NCBI GenBank assembly: GCA_047920895.1
Contig: JBLRXE010000001.1
Coordinates: 1-40,281, forward strand
Reading direction: 5' to 3'
DNA: 40,281 bases
DNA from: Roseovarius sp.
GTDB lineage: Bacteria; Pseudomonadota; Alphaproteobacteria; Rhodobacterales; Rhodobacteraceae
The notes under the pieces were generated by a model. That model was not told the DNA's origin and made no database searches. It saw nothing but the letters and a program-made list of their open reading frames with translations. The position numbers were made by a program, and so were the translations under genes. Positions 25,895 to 35,334 of this stretch are shown one piece after another (the stretch's first letter is position 1; every line of letters starts with the position of its first letter).

Positions 25895-26445
25895 GATTGG
25901 GGCTTGCCTGGCTCTGACGGATTGGCAGTGCACGCCGTGATCTCGTCCATCACCGCCAGCAGACAGACGAAGGTGGCGCGTGCTTGCAACGCGAGATCCA
26001 CCCGGCTGCGGGTGTGTTTGACCCAAGCCTGCACAGCCTCGGGATCCCGATAGGTGATATGCGCACAGGGCAGCCCGCGTTTGACCAGTGTGGGGGCCAG
26101 TACGCGCCCGCCACTGCGATGCGCGCCGTGCAGAACATAGGCGGCGCCTGTCGTGTCTGTCCCAGACTTGCCCGTGCCAGCATCCAAGCTGCACAGATCG
26201 AGCGCAAATCGCAGCGCTGCCCGGCTTGGCGGCACAGGTGGCAGCACCGAAAGGTCCGCTGCCAGCAGGCCGTCCCGGTGCATATGCGCTGGCAGCGCGG
26301 GATCAATAACCTGGTGCAGCACCCGAAACGCCATCAACCAGCCTGCCCATTCGGCCCGGGTGATATTACCTGAGGCCATGCGCTGGCCCAGCGGATGTTG
26401 CTCGCAGGCGTGATGCTGATCGCGGGTGGCGTCGAACAGGGTCAT
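25891..26445 (-). CDS. Heme oxygenase-like protein
   Basis: N-terminal 'LFDATRDQHHACE' (proximal-His helix pattern), 'R..LLAADL', distal-helix 'AYVLHGAHRSGGRVL', C-terminal 'ARATF'. Confidence 0.7.
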   Translation of the reverse strand: MTLFDATRDQHHACEQHPLGQRMASGNITRAEWAGWLMAFRVLHQVIDPALPAHMHRDGLLAADLSVLPPVPPSRAALRFALDLCSLDAGTGKSGTDTTGAAYVLHGAHRSGGRVLAPTLVKRGLPCAHITYRDPEAVQAWVKHTRSRVDLALQARATFVCLLAVMDEITACTANPSEPGKPQS

Positions 26446-27032
26446 TGCATCACCTCCGCAAAATACGCCGCATCGAACAGCGCGACCACGTCAGCGCTCG
26501 CAGGATCGTCCAACGTCTCCAGCTGCGCCGCCACGCTGCGCTCGGCCTTGAAGCAGGCTTTGACATGGCCACCGACCGCTTGCGCTACGACCATCACCTG
26601 AGCCGCAGTCAAATCGGCCCATCCGCTGTCAAGCTTGTAGGTGACGGGTTCGGAAATGAGGCCCATCTGCAGCGAATTGACCACGGCGGTGATCTGCGCC
26701 TGGCTTTCGCGGGTGGTCTGAATGCGCTGCCCGCCGGGCAGTGCGAGGCCTGCGGTCTCATGCCGCCAGCGATGATCGGCCAGCTTGGCGAATGGATCGC
26801 GCAGCCGCAGGGTCTCGCGCCATGCCGCAACCGCGCTGTCATAATCCTTGCGGAGTGCTGCGATCCGTTGATCGCGCACGCGTTGGCTCGGGTAGGTTTC
26901 CAGATAGGGCAGTCCGGTTTGCATCGTTTGCCTGGGCTCGAGCACGCCGTCGTGCAGCGTGTCGGGGCCATGAGCAATCCAGAAGGTCCGGGCTGCGGCG
27001 GTGAAACTTTGCGTGGTTTGCATATCGTTCAT
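26442..27032 (-). CDS. DUF4376-like phage tail-fibre-associated protein
   Basis: 'LADHRWRHETAG...IQTTRESQAQI...WADLTAAQV..VAQAV..HVKACF.AE'; directly follows the fibre-like gene. Confidence 0.75.
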   Translation of the reverse strand: MNDMQTTQSFTAAARTFWIAHGPDTLHDGVLEPRQTMQTGLPYLETYPSQRVRDQRIAALRKDYDSAVAAWRETLRLRDPFAKLADHRWRHETAGLALPGGQRIQTTRESQAQITAVVNSLQMGLISEPVTYKLDSGWADLTAAQVMVVAQAVGGHVKACFKAERSVAAQLETLDDPASADVVALFDAAYFAEVMQ

Positions 27033-29914
27033 GCTGCACTGTCTCCTGCGATGGTCCAGGCGGCGCCGTTGATAAGGATGGTGGAGGTGATGAGCGCGCC
27101 GCTCCAAGGGGTGACGTCCCAAGGATGCATGCCGGTGCCTGTGGCCTGTGCGCTGTCAGCGGGATCGAAAAGCGTCCAGTCCGGCCCGATCTTCAAAAAA
27201 TACCAGCCATCAGATTTGAGATAGAGGCTGGCCGCAGCATCGAAGGTGTAGATGCCATCGGTCTCGGGCACATCCGCCCCCGCCACACTCAGGCTGCGCG
27301 GTGTGGTCAGGAACGTTCGGGCTGGTGGAGCGGAGGTAAAGCGCGCGCCGGGTTGATAGGCGGTGGTATTGTAGCGGCGCGCCTCGAACAGGACCGCCGT
27401 ATTGACCGGGTCGCTCATGGTCGCGACGCGATTAGCCCAGCCAGTCAGCAAGCGCGAATAGTTGGCCTCGGAAAACGCGCGACCAATGCTGCTGGCCATG
27501 AAGTCTGTCAGTGCGAGGCCGGTCGGGCGCAGCGGCCAATTGCCAATGTCCTGATCAAAGGCATGGTTGTTGCCAGCAAACATGCGCGACATGTCTGCGA
27601 CCCGCTCGACATTCCAGCTGCCGATGGGTTGGTTGAAGGGGTGGGTCCGCAGACCACTGCCGCCGATGCCACAGGCAAACATGGCGCGCATGCTGGTGAC
27701 CTGGCTCACATCCCAAGCGCTGATCGAGGCGTTGCCGCCATTGTTGAAACTGTGAAACTGGCTTGAGCCTGCCCCAACTGCGGCAAACATGGCTTCCATT
27801 GTCGTGACACGCCCAACGTCCCAGGCACCAATGTCCTGATCGAAGGCCACGCGCGAGGTATTGGTGAGCACATTTGCGAACATGAAGGCCATGTCACTGA
27901 CGGCTGAGACGTCCCAAGTGCCGATCGGCTGATTGAAAGGGCAACTCTGGAACATGCCGCGCATGGTCTTGGCGGCGCCGGTTTGCCACGTGGCCAGCGG
28001 CTGGTCGAAGCTGCCGTTCAGGAACATGAACGACATGTCGGATACGCGTGCGGTGTTCCAGCGTTCGATCGAGCGGTTGAAGCTATGGTAGATCCGGGCG
28101 CTCGATCCGATGACGGATGCAAACATGGCTGACAGATCCGTCACGCTTTCGATATTCCAGTTACCGATGTCCTGGTTGAAGGCTGGTGCAATGGCGAACA
28201 TGCGGCGCATGGTGTCGGCCGCCGAGGTGTTCCACAGGTTCAGTGGCTGGTTGAATACCGCGCCGCCGGAGGTAATCCCCGGGTCGCCCAGATGGCCCAT
28301 GAAGCCCTCGAAGGACTGGACAGCGCGTACGTCCCAGGCGTTGATCGGCTGATTGAATGCCGCTCCGATCCCGCCGACATTGGCCGCAGCGGTGCAGCCG
28401 AACATCAAGCGCATCGATGTGATGCGGCTGACGTCCCAGCTTGCGATGGGCTGATTGAACAATACCCGCCCGTCGCGCCCACCAGAGTAATTGCCCTGGG
28501 TCTGGACGAACATCTGCTCCATGGATGTCAGGCTCTCCCAATTGCCTAGGGAGAACGGGTTGTTCATCTGGCTGTCGGCAAAGGCCTGGAAGACGTCTGT
28601 GACGCGGCCCACGTCCCAATTGGCGCAATTGGGGCCGGTGCCGTCCGAGCGATAGAAGATGCGCCGGATCGTCGTGATGTTGCGCGTGTCCATGCCGCGC
28701 AGGTCAGCCGCACAGGAACTCTCAAAGAACAGCTCCTCAAAGCTGGTGACGGTCTCGGGGATGTTGGGCGTGATGTAGTCCAGCGCCGTGGTGGTCTGGC
28801 GAAACGCACCGCGCAAGCTTGTCAGCCCAATGGCAAAGCCGATGTTCTCGACGCGCACCAATCCGGCCTGATCGATCGGCTGGCTGGTGCCATACCAATC
28901 AAGACGGCCAGTGATGGTGACAGTGATGCGCGGGCCTGCGCCCTCTGCGTAGAGATGCGGCTTGATCCCGGCGGTGGTGAAGCGCTCGCTGGTGCCATCG
29001 CCCCAATCGATGGTGACATCGAGGGGGTTGTTCACAGTACCGCCGCCCAGCGGGATGAAGATCGTGCGCGCGCTGGCCAATGTCAGGTCATAGACGAGGA
29101 TGAGCGAGGCGGCGCCAAGAAAGAAGCTGCGCGGGCTCGACCAGTCGGAATAGATCACGGGGGCCGCGGCATTGAGCCTCCCGCCATAGCGCGCGCGCCA
29201 GAGATAGCTCTGGGCAGGCTCCAGCGGCGGGATCGGCACGGTGGTGATCGCCCCGCCCGTATGGGTCACGCTGATCAGCGGCGCTGATACGCCCGGCGTG
29301 GCATCGGGCGCGTAAAACTCGGTCTGGGTCTCGGCATAGCCATAGCCAAAGATCGCCGCGCTCTCGAAATCCGTCACACGCACGGTGCCGGTGATGGCAT
29401 TCTCGCGGGTGATGGGCGCCGGGCGCGAGATCAGCTCGGGAAAGGTCTGGGCATAGGGAACCGAGAAGTTCGATTGTGTCCCGCCCGTGCCGGTATAGGC
29501 CGCGCGCCAGAGCACGCGGTCGCCGGGGCCAAAGCCGTCTTCGGGGAATGCGATCTGATAGGCATTGCCAAAACCGGGCACGATCCGCGTCAGCGCACCG
29601 TCGAAATCCGCGCCATTGGTAGATATCTCGAAAATGATGCCGGTCTGCTCCAGCCCCGCAGGCGAGCGAAACGTGGTCAGGCGCAGCTGGGTGCGCTCAT
29701 CGACGCTGAACGGCACGAGGGCCGAGGGGCGCAGGATCTCGTTGTCCTCGATGGGCACGATCCATTCGAGCCCGTTGGAATAATAGAACTGGCCATCTTC
29801 GCCCACCACCGCCGCCCCGAAGTACTGCGCAGCATCCAGCGGGATCGGGACGGGGTAGATGAGGGACTGGCCGACAAAGCGGCCGCGGCCGGTGGCGTAG
29901 CGCAGGATGCTCAT
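27029..29914 (-). CDS. BspA-like/DUF285 repeat protein, putative tail fibre or adhesin
   Basis: About 11 repeats of 'FNQPIxxW(D/N)VxxVTxMxxMF'; PKD-like 'VTIDWGDGT'; two FN3-like 'LWRAxYxG...SxxS' segments at the N-terminus. Confidence 0.82.
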   Translation of the reverse strand: MSILRYATGRGRFVGQSLIYPVPIPLDAAQYFGAAVVGEDGQFYYSNGLEWIVPIEDNEILRPSALVPFSVDERTQLRLTTFRSPAGLEQTGIIFEISTNGADFDGALTRIVPGFGNAYQIAFPEDGFGPGDRVLWRAAYTGTGGTQSNFSVPYAQTFPELISRPAPITRENAITGTVRVTDFESAAIFGYGYAETQTEFYAPDATPGVSAPLISVTHTGGAITTVPIPPLEPAQSYLWRARYGGRLNAAAPVIYSDWSSPRSFFLGAASLILVYDLTLASARTIFIPLGGGTVNNPLDVTIDWGDGTSERFTTAGIKPHLYAEGAGPRITVTITGRLDWYGTSQPIDQAGLVRVENIGFAIGLTSLRGAFRQTTTALDYITPNIPETVTSFEELFFESSCAADLRGMDTRNITTIRRIFYRSDGTGPNCANWDVGRVTDVFQAFADSQMNNPFSLGNWESLTSMEQMFVQTQGNYSGGRDGRVLFNQPIASWDVSRITSMRLMFGCTAAANVGGIGAAFNQPINAWDVRAVQSFEGFMGHLGDPGITSGGAVFNQPLNLWNTSAADTMRRMFAIAPAFNQDIGNWNIESVTDLSAMFASVIGSSARIYHSFNRSIERWNTARVSDMSFMFLNGSFDQPLATWQTGAAKTMRGMFQSCPFNQPIGTWDVSAVSDMAFMFANVLTNTSRVAFDQDIGAWDVGRVTTMEAMFAAVGAGSSQFHSFNNGGNASISAWDVSQVTSMRAMFACGIGGSGLRTHPFNQPIGSWNVERVADMSRMFAGNNHAFDQDIGNWPLRPTGLALTDFMASSIGRAFSEANYSRLLTGWANRVATMSDPVNTAVLFEARRYNTTAYQPGARFTSAPPARTFLTTPRSLSVAGADVPETDGIYTFDAAASLYLKSDGWYFLKIGPDWTLFDPADSAQATGTGMHPWDVTPWSGALITSTILINGAAWTIAGDSAA

Positions 29915-30324
29915 GCGATCACCGTGAAATCTTCGCGTTGGTTGAGGATGAAGGAGAAATGCGCGATGGCGACCTCGCTGGCCTCAACCTTCATTTGGAA
30001 ACGCTCGCCCGCGCGCAGCACCTGGCGATCGAGCCCGATGGAGAGGACATCGCCTGCGGGGGCGAAGGCGCGGTCCAGCAGCAGCCATGGTGTGTTGTTG
30101 AGCGCGAGGATCCGGATCGAGACGCGCACGGCGGCCTCGGCGGTGGGGGTGATCAGCACGCCAGTCATGATGGCGGCGGTGCCGATGCTGCGCGCAGGGT
30201 TTGGGCCCTCGGCGGGGATCAGGTAGTCGGGCACGTCATAGATGGTCGTCCACTCGACGCCGATTTCTGCACGGACGACCTCGAACAGATTGAGGGGTGG
30301 ACGCGGTGTGGTGATGGTGACCAT
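29911..30324 (-). CDS. Hypothetical phage protein (small, beta-rich)
   Basis: Start at MVTITTPRPPLNLF, 4 nt after the upstream stop; stop overlaps the next ATG. Confidence 0.72.
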   Translation of the reverse strand: MVTITTPRPPLNLFEVVRAEIGVEWTTIYDVPDYLIPAEGPNPARSIGTAAIMTGVLITPTAEAAVRVSIRILALNNTPWLLLDRAFAPAGDVLSIGLDRQVLRAGERFQMKVEASEVAIAHFSFILNQREDFTVIA

Positions 30325-30328
30325 GGGT

Positions 30329-32299
30329 TCAGGCTCCGAGACCGATGATGAGGGGAAGCGCGATGTTCTGGACACCGCGCGAGAAGGCCTGGCCTTCGAT
30401 GGTGTTGCGCTCGAAATCCACCCGCAGGTCTTCGCCGAGATAGGTGTCGCCGACCTCGGTGGAGAAAGTGGCATAGATCCGGCCACCGCCGGTCTTCAGC
30501 AGGGTGCTGGCGGGATCGGGGGCGCGACCGGTGCCACGCTGGCTGAAGGGCAGCGCGTTGTAATTGACGCCGGAACCTGCATAGCTGAACTGCTGGCCGG
30601 TGGCCTCGATGACAGAGGGAAAGCCCACGCGGTAGTCTTGCGGGCGCGCAACGACATCTGAGATCAGCCCGATGAGGGCGGCGATCATCGCTGCAGCGTC
30701 AGGATCGGTGATGCGCGTAGCGAGTTCCAGCCGGACCTGCTCCCAGCAGGCCAGAAACAGCGGCACGAGGGCGATGGAGAAGACATAATTGGCGTTCCAG
30801 TCAAAGAGCCCTTTGGCAAAGGACTGCGCGCCGCGGTCCTGGCCTGCGCGCAGATCATTGATCAGGCTGCGCAGCAGGGTGCGGGTGTCGCGCTCGGTGA
30901 AGGCCTTGTCGCGGTCCGAGAGGCTATTGAAGCCTGCAAGGGTTGGATAGCGCGTGCCCATCAGGGCGATCACGATGGCCTCGGTCTGAGCGGTTAGGGT
31001 GTTGGCGACGGTGGTGTGCGTGGCCAGCACGCCGGTACCGGCCAGCCCTTCGATTAGCACCGCGTTACGAAACCCCGTCGCCGCCAGCGCGTAATCGCCA
31101 AAAGTGTTGTTGGAGTTGGCGACCGTGATCTGGCCACCGTCATGGGCCCAGAGGCCGACGCGGGCCCAGTTGGTGAAGACCGAGACCAGCTGGACAAAGG
31201 CGTTGCGGGTGACGGCGTAGCCCACGCCATTGGGATTGATCGCGGTATAGCTGTCGACCACGACCGAGCGCAGCGGTGAAGACGGGGCCAGCACCGATCC
31301 ATCGGCCAGCAGATTGCCTCCGCCGCGCGGCATCAGGGGATTGCCTGCGGCTTTGTCGATCGGCAGGGCCATCTGGTCTTGAGTGAAGGCATGCAGCTGC
31401 GAGCAATCGGCGATATAGGGCGATCGCGTGAGGACCTCGCCGGGCTTGAAGACGAAGGCCCAGCCTTTTTGCGGTGGTCCGCCCGCCAGGGTGTAGGGTT
31501 CATGGCGCAGATTTGAGAAGGTGAAGCCGCGGGCTTTGATGCCGTTGGACATCTGGAACATGTTGTTCTGTTCCTGGCCCGGCGGCAGGCTCAGCTTGGT
31601 GACGCGCAGGTCGTAGCCGTAAAGGGCGCAATTGGCCGGGATAACGGTATCGGGGGGCACGGTGTATTCGCCAGGCTGGACGATCACCACGCATGGCTGA
31701 GCCACAGCGGCTGCGCGCGCGAGGCCCTCAGCAATGCTGGCTAAGGGGGCGGTCAGCGAGGAGCCCTCGTTGAGGTCCTTGCCGTCCATGGTGACATAGA
31801 ATGTGCGCGCAACGGGCAGCGAGACAAAGGGCAGCCGCTCGAGGCTGCAGACCTCGACGTCGGTGGCGTGGTTGATCCCGAACGTGCGCACCCATGGGAC
31901 TGCGTAGCGTGCGCCGATTGGGGCCACGACGCTGGAGGGGCCATCGGCTTCCGCCACGACCGAGGTGCGGACCTCACGCCGCCCCTCCGCGTTGGTGAAA
32001 TTTAGGATGGTCTCGATAGTGGTGGTGGAGAGCGCAGTTTTGTCCGCCGCCAGCCAGTCGATGCCGCAGGCAATGGCGTCGTCAGAGGGATCAGGGCTGT
32101 TTGTGGCCCGCCGAAACACCGCGCGGAATGCATAGCGCTCCTCGGCCTCGATCGGCACTGGCGAAACCGCTGTGACCTGCTGGCTGGAATTGAGGCGGAC
32201 GACTTTGCCGTCTGGGGTCTGCGCAACAAGCCCGCCGTCGATGTCGTACAGCTGAGGCGTATCGCCTGGGCGATGTTCAAGGGCAGTATAGGTTTGCAT
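30329..32299 (-). CDS. Putative tail-associated protein with pectin-lyase-like beta-helix
   Basis: 656 aa; 'TFYVTMDGKDLNEGSS..APLASI..GL...VIVQPGEY' is a typical beta-helix N-cap; located right after Dit. Confidence 0.7.
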   Translation of the reverse strand: MQTYTALEHRPGDTPQLYDIDGGLVAQTPDGKVVRLNSSQQVTAVSPVPIEAEERYAFRAVFRRATNSPDPSDDAIACGIDWLAADKTALSTTTIETILNFTNAEGRREVRTSVVAEADGPSSVVAPIGARYAVPWVRTFGINHATDVEVCSLERLPFVSLPVARTFYVTMDGKDLNEGSSLTAPLASIAEGLARAAAVAQPCVVIVQPGEYTVPPDTVIPANCALYGYDLRVTKLSLPPGQEQNNMFQMSNGIKARGFTFSNLRHEPYTLAGGPPQKGWAFVFKPGEVLTRSPYIADCSQLHAFTQDQMALPIDKAAGNPLMPRGGGNLLADGSVLAPSSPLRSVVVDSYTAINPNGVGYAVTRNAFVQLVSVFTNWARVGLWAHDGGQITVANSNNTFGDYALAATGFRNAVLIEGLAGTGVLATHTTVANTLTAQTEAIVIALMGTRYPTLAGFNSLSDRDKAFTERDTRTLLRSLINDLRAGQDRGAQSFAKGLFDWNANYVFSIALVPLFLACWEQVRLELATRITDPDAAAMIAALIGLISDVVARPQDYRVGFPSVIEATGQQFSYAGSGVNYNALPFSQRGTGRAPDPASTLLKTGGGRIYATFSTEVGDTYLGEDLRVDFERNTIEGQAFSRGVQNIALPLIIGLGA

Positions 32300-32311
32300 G
32301 GGGCGAGATCC

Positions 32312-32941
32312 TTAGCTGAGGCGGAGTTCCACAAGCGGGATTGAAGTGATCGAGCCGAGACGCTCGATATCGAGGGTGACGTCCATCAGATCGCTGTCGA
32401 AGCGGACGGGGACGTCGAAGGCGAACCCGGCAGTGAGGACGACGCCCGGATCGGGGGCGACCTCAAACGTAACGATTCCGGTGGTGGGGTCGCTCGACCA
32501 GCCGTTGAACTGCTCGGCACCGCCCAGCGCGACGCGCACAGAGTTCGCCACAGGCTTTTCGATCCTGCGCTGGTAGATGTGGGGTGCGGTGCCATAGGCT
32601 TTGGTCAGCGCGAACGCTGTGGTCTCGCCATCCCCGGTGCCGATCAGCTGATCCATCTCAGAAACGCCCTTTGAGGGGGCGCTGGATTTGTAATCTGCCC
32701 AATCCTTGAAGCGGAAGCCGTAGAGCCGCCCGAGGCGGGCCTCAAAGAAGGCGACCACCGCGTGCAGATCATCCGCGCGCCGGATCCCGTAGGAGACGTC
32801 GTAGCGGCGTCGGGATGCAGACCAGGAAGCGTTCCGCTCCTCGTGACCAGAAGCAAGCTCGACAATTTGCGTGCGGCGCTGTGGCCCGCCGCGCGCGCCG
32901 CGGCTGATGTTGTCGGGGAATCGCACCTCGTGAAACGCCAT
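32312..32941 (-). CDS. DUF2460/TIGR02217 distal tail protein (GTA g12-like)
   Basis: 'FHEVRFP..ISRGARGGP.RRTQIV.LASGHEERN', 'GFRFKDWAD', 'FDVPVRFD'. Confidence 0.93.
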   Translation of the reverse strand: MAFHEVRFPDNISRGARGGPQRRTQIVELASGHEERNASWSASRRRYDVSYGIRRADDLHAVVAFFEARLGRLYGFRFKDWADYKSSAPSKGVSEMDQLIGTGDGETTAFALTKAYGTAPHIYQRRIEKPVANSVRVALGGAEQFNGWSSDPTTGIVTFEVAPDPGVVLTAGFAFDVPVRFDSDLMDVTLDIERLGSITSIPLVELRLS

Positions 32942-35334
32942 TACATGCCCCTCCGGCCCATTGAGACCGCGCGAGCGATATCGGCGGCGACCTGCGTACG
33001 GCTCTGCCGAAAGCTCTCCGCGTCGCGGGTCTGGATGTTGACTGTGACGTTGCCGCCATTGTTGCCGCCGAAGTCCCGCGTTTCTCGGCGGGACAGAACG
33101 CGCTCGCCACGCTGCAGGATCGTCGGGACCTCGTCTGATTTGAGCCCAGCCCAGCCACCCTCGTGCATCCGGGGCGCGTTGGCGAATGCCATGGCAGGCA
33201 CCATGCGCAAGGGCGCAGGACCACCGACAATACCGCCCTGGTGGAAGACACTGGCAAACATGCCGCCGAGGTTGCCCAGCGCGCCGGAGAGGGCATTAGC
33301 GATGGGGCCCAGGATGAACTTGCGCGCGCCGAGCTTCGCGAGGTCCGCGATCATCGATGTGACCAGGCCTTTGAAGTCCAGCTTGCCGGTCTTTACGAAG
33401 TTCCCAATCGCATCTTCCGCACTCTGAAACGCGCTCACCAGCACGTTGCCGATGTCTGCACCTACATCGCGGGTTTTGTCCGCGTATTCGCTGACCGCAT
33501 TCACCACCGCCTGCCAGCCGGTGGCGGCTGTCTCTGCACCCGCGGCTGCGTCGGCGCCCGCCTGCTTTGCCGCACCACCTGCGCGCCCGGCCTGTTCCTC
33601 GGTCTCCTCCAGCGCATCGTTGAACCGGTCCGCTGAATTGGCGGCACTTTCCAGCGCCGCTTCGCCTTCATCACCCGCCCCCGAAATGGCATCCTTCAGT
33701 GCCTGCCAGGCGGTCATGGGTCGCGAAGCTGCGTCTGACAGCATCCCCGCTGCCTCGGAATAGCCCGCTGCCCGACCGCGCGCATTGTCGGCCATACCGC
33801 CAAAGAGCTCAGGTGCCTGGAAGGGATTGTCCGAGAAGGCGCTGTCGTAGGCCTCCCGGGCTCGCGCTCCCAGGTTGACGGCTTCGGGAACTGCGGATTT
33901 CCATTCCGAGAGATCAGGCGCTGCGATGGCCCACTCCGGACGCAGACCGCCAAGGGTCAACACGCCGTTGATCGCCTCGGTGATGCCCGCAATGCCGGTC
34001 TCCATCACATCGACAAGGCCATTGATCGCAAGCGCCCCGACCCGCTCGAACACATCCGGGAGTGCGCCCCAGATGGCCTGCACTGCAAGGAACGTGCCCT
34101 CAAATGTGTTGACCGTACTGTTTGCCCAGCCCACCACTGCCGTTGTCGCCGCTTGTAGACCGTCGTAAATACCAGCCTGCGCCGTGGCCCACCCGGCTTC
34201 CACGCGCGCCCAAGCCGCATCTGCGCTGAGCGACACCCGGTTCCAGACCTCGACCGCCACGTCCTTGAGCAGATCCAGCGCGTTGCCGAAGCCTCCCGCA
34301 CCAGAAACAAGCCGCGTGAACTGGTAGACCAGCTCGCCTGCGCCCACGATCAGTGCCCCGATGCCCGTGCGGATCAGTGCGGCCCGCAAGAAGACCAGAC
34401 TGGTCACCAACCCGCTGACAGAGAAGGTCGCGGCCACAAGCCCGGCCACCCAGCGGCCAGCCATGACGCCTGCGAAGGTCACGGCAAATGTGCTCAGCCG
34501 CCCGATGTTCTCAAAGAGACCCTGAATGGCACTGCCCAGCGGACCGGTCGTGCGCGCCATAGCCGCCAGCGCATCTGCCACCGCCTCAAGCGCGGGCGCG
34601 GCAGCGACCGCCAGTTGGTTCGAGACCCCGCGCCAGATTAGGCCGAGGCGCGAGATCGCGTCGTTGGTGCGCTCAATCTGGTCCGCGTCCTGCTCGGAGA
34701 CAACAATGCCGAAATCATTCACATCAGCGGTGGCTTGGCGCAGCGTTGCGGTATCAATGCGGGTAAACACGAGGGCTGCGCGATCGCCAAAGAGCTGCGA
34801 GGCGACAGCTGCACGCTCTGCTTCGGGCACGAACTCCGCCAGCCGGTCCTGGATCAAAGCGATGCGCTGATCGAGCGGCAGATTTTGCAACTCGCTGACC
34901 GACAGCCCAAGGCGGTCAAGGGCATCGACGGCAGGGCCCGCACCGGCGGCAGCCTGGCTGAGCCGCCGTGTCAGCTGCACTGTTGCCTGCTCGACATTGC
35001 CCATGGAGACGCCCGAGAGGTCAGCGGCCCGCTCCAGCACCTGCAAGCTTTCGACGGTGGTATCCAGTGATTGCGCCAGCTTGGCGGTCACGTCGATGGT
35101 CTGCAGCCCCGAGCGGATCATGGCAGCCCCGGCGGCCACAACGGCGACAGTGGCGGCCGCCGCTGCAATCTTGGCCCGACGCGTGAACGCGGCGAGGCGT
35201 GCATTGGCCACATCGACCTCGCGCGACAGACGGCCGAGGCCACGGGCGCCAGCGTCGCCAATGCCGGTCAACTCCGCCTTGACCTGGCGTCCGCCCACGG
35301 CAGCGAGGCGCACGAAGACGCGTTTATCGGCCAT
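32941..35334 (-). CDS. Phage tail tape measure protein
   Basis: 797 aa, Ala/Gly-rich helical; 'FVKTGKLDFK', C-terminal 'FHQGG..G', 'DEVPTILQRGERVL'; position after chaperones. Confidence 0.92.
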   Translation of the reverse strand: MADKRVFVRLAAVGGRQVKAELTGIGDAGARGLGRLSREVDVANARLAAFTRRAKIAAAAATVAVVAAGAAMIRSGLQTIDVTAKLAQSLDTTVESLQVLERAADLSGVSMGNVEQATVQLTRRLSQAAAGAGPAVDALDRLGLSVSELQNLPLDQRIALIQDRLAEFVPEAERAAVASQLFGDRAALVFTRIDTATLRQATADVNDFGIVVSEQDADQIERTNDAISRLGLIWRGVSNQLAVAAAPALEAVADALAAMARTTGPLGSAIQGLFENIGRLSTFAVTFAGVMAGRWVAGLVAATFSVSGLVTSLVFLRAALIRTGIGALIVGAGELVYQFTRLVSGAGGFGNALDLLKDVAVEVWNRVSLSADAAWARVEAGWATAQAGIYDGLQAATTAVVGWANSTVNTFEGTFLAVQAIWGALPDVFERVGALAINGLVDVMETGIAGITEAINGVLTLGGLRPEWAIAAPDLSEWKSAVPEAVNLGARAREAYDSAFSDNPFQAPELFGGMADNARGRAAGYSEAAGMLSDAASRPMTAWQALKDAISGAGDEGEAALESAANSADRFNDALEETEEQAGRAGGAAKQAGADAAAGAETAATGWQAVVNAVSEYADKTRDVGADIGNVLVSAFQSAEDAIGNFVKTGKLDFKGLVTSMIADLAKLGARKFILGPIANALSGALGNLGGMFASVFHQGGIVGGPAPLRMVPAMAFANAPRMHEGGWAGLKSDEVPTILQRGERVLSRRETRDFGGNNGGNVTVNIQTRDAESFRQSRTQVAADIARAVSMGRRGM

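Noticed and set aside
27029-29914. Diversity-generating retroelement target or CRISPR-like array
   Set aside because: Repeats are degenerate protein-coding repeats; I saw no reverse transcriptase, no TR/VR pair differing at adenines and no identical spaced repeats.
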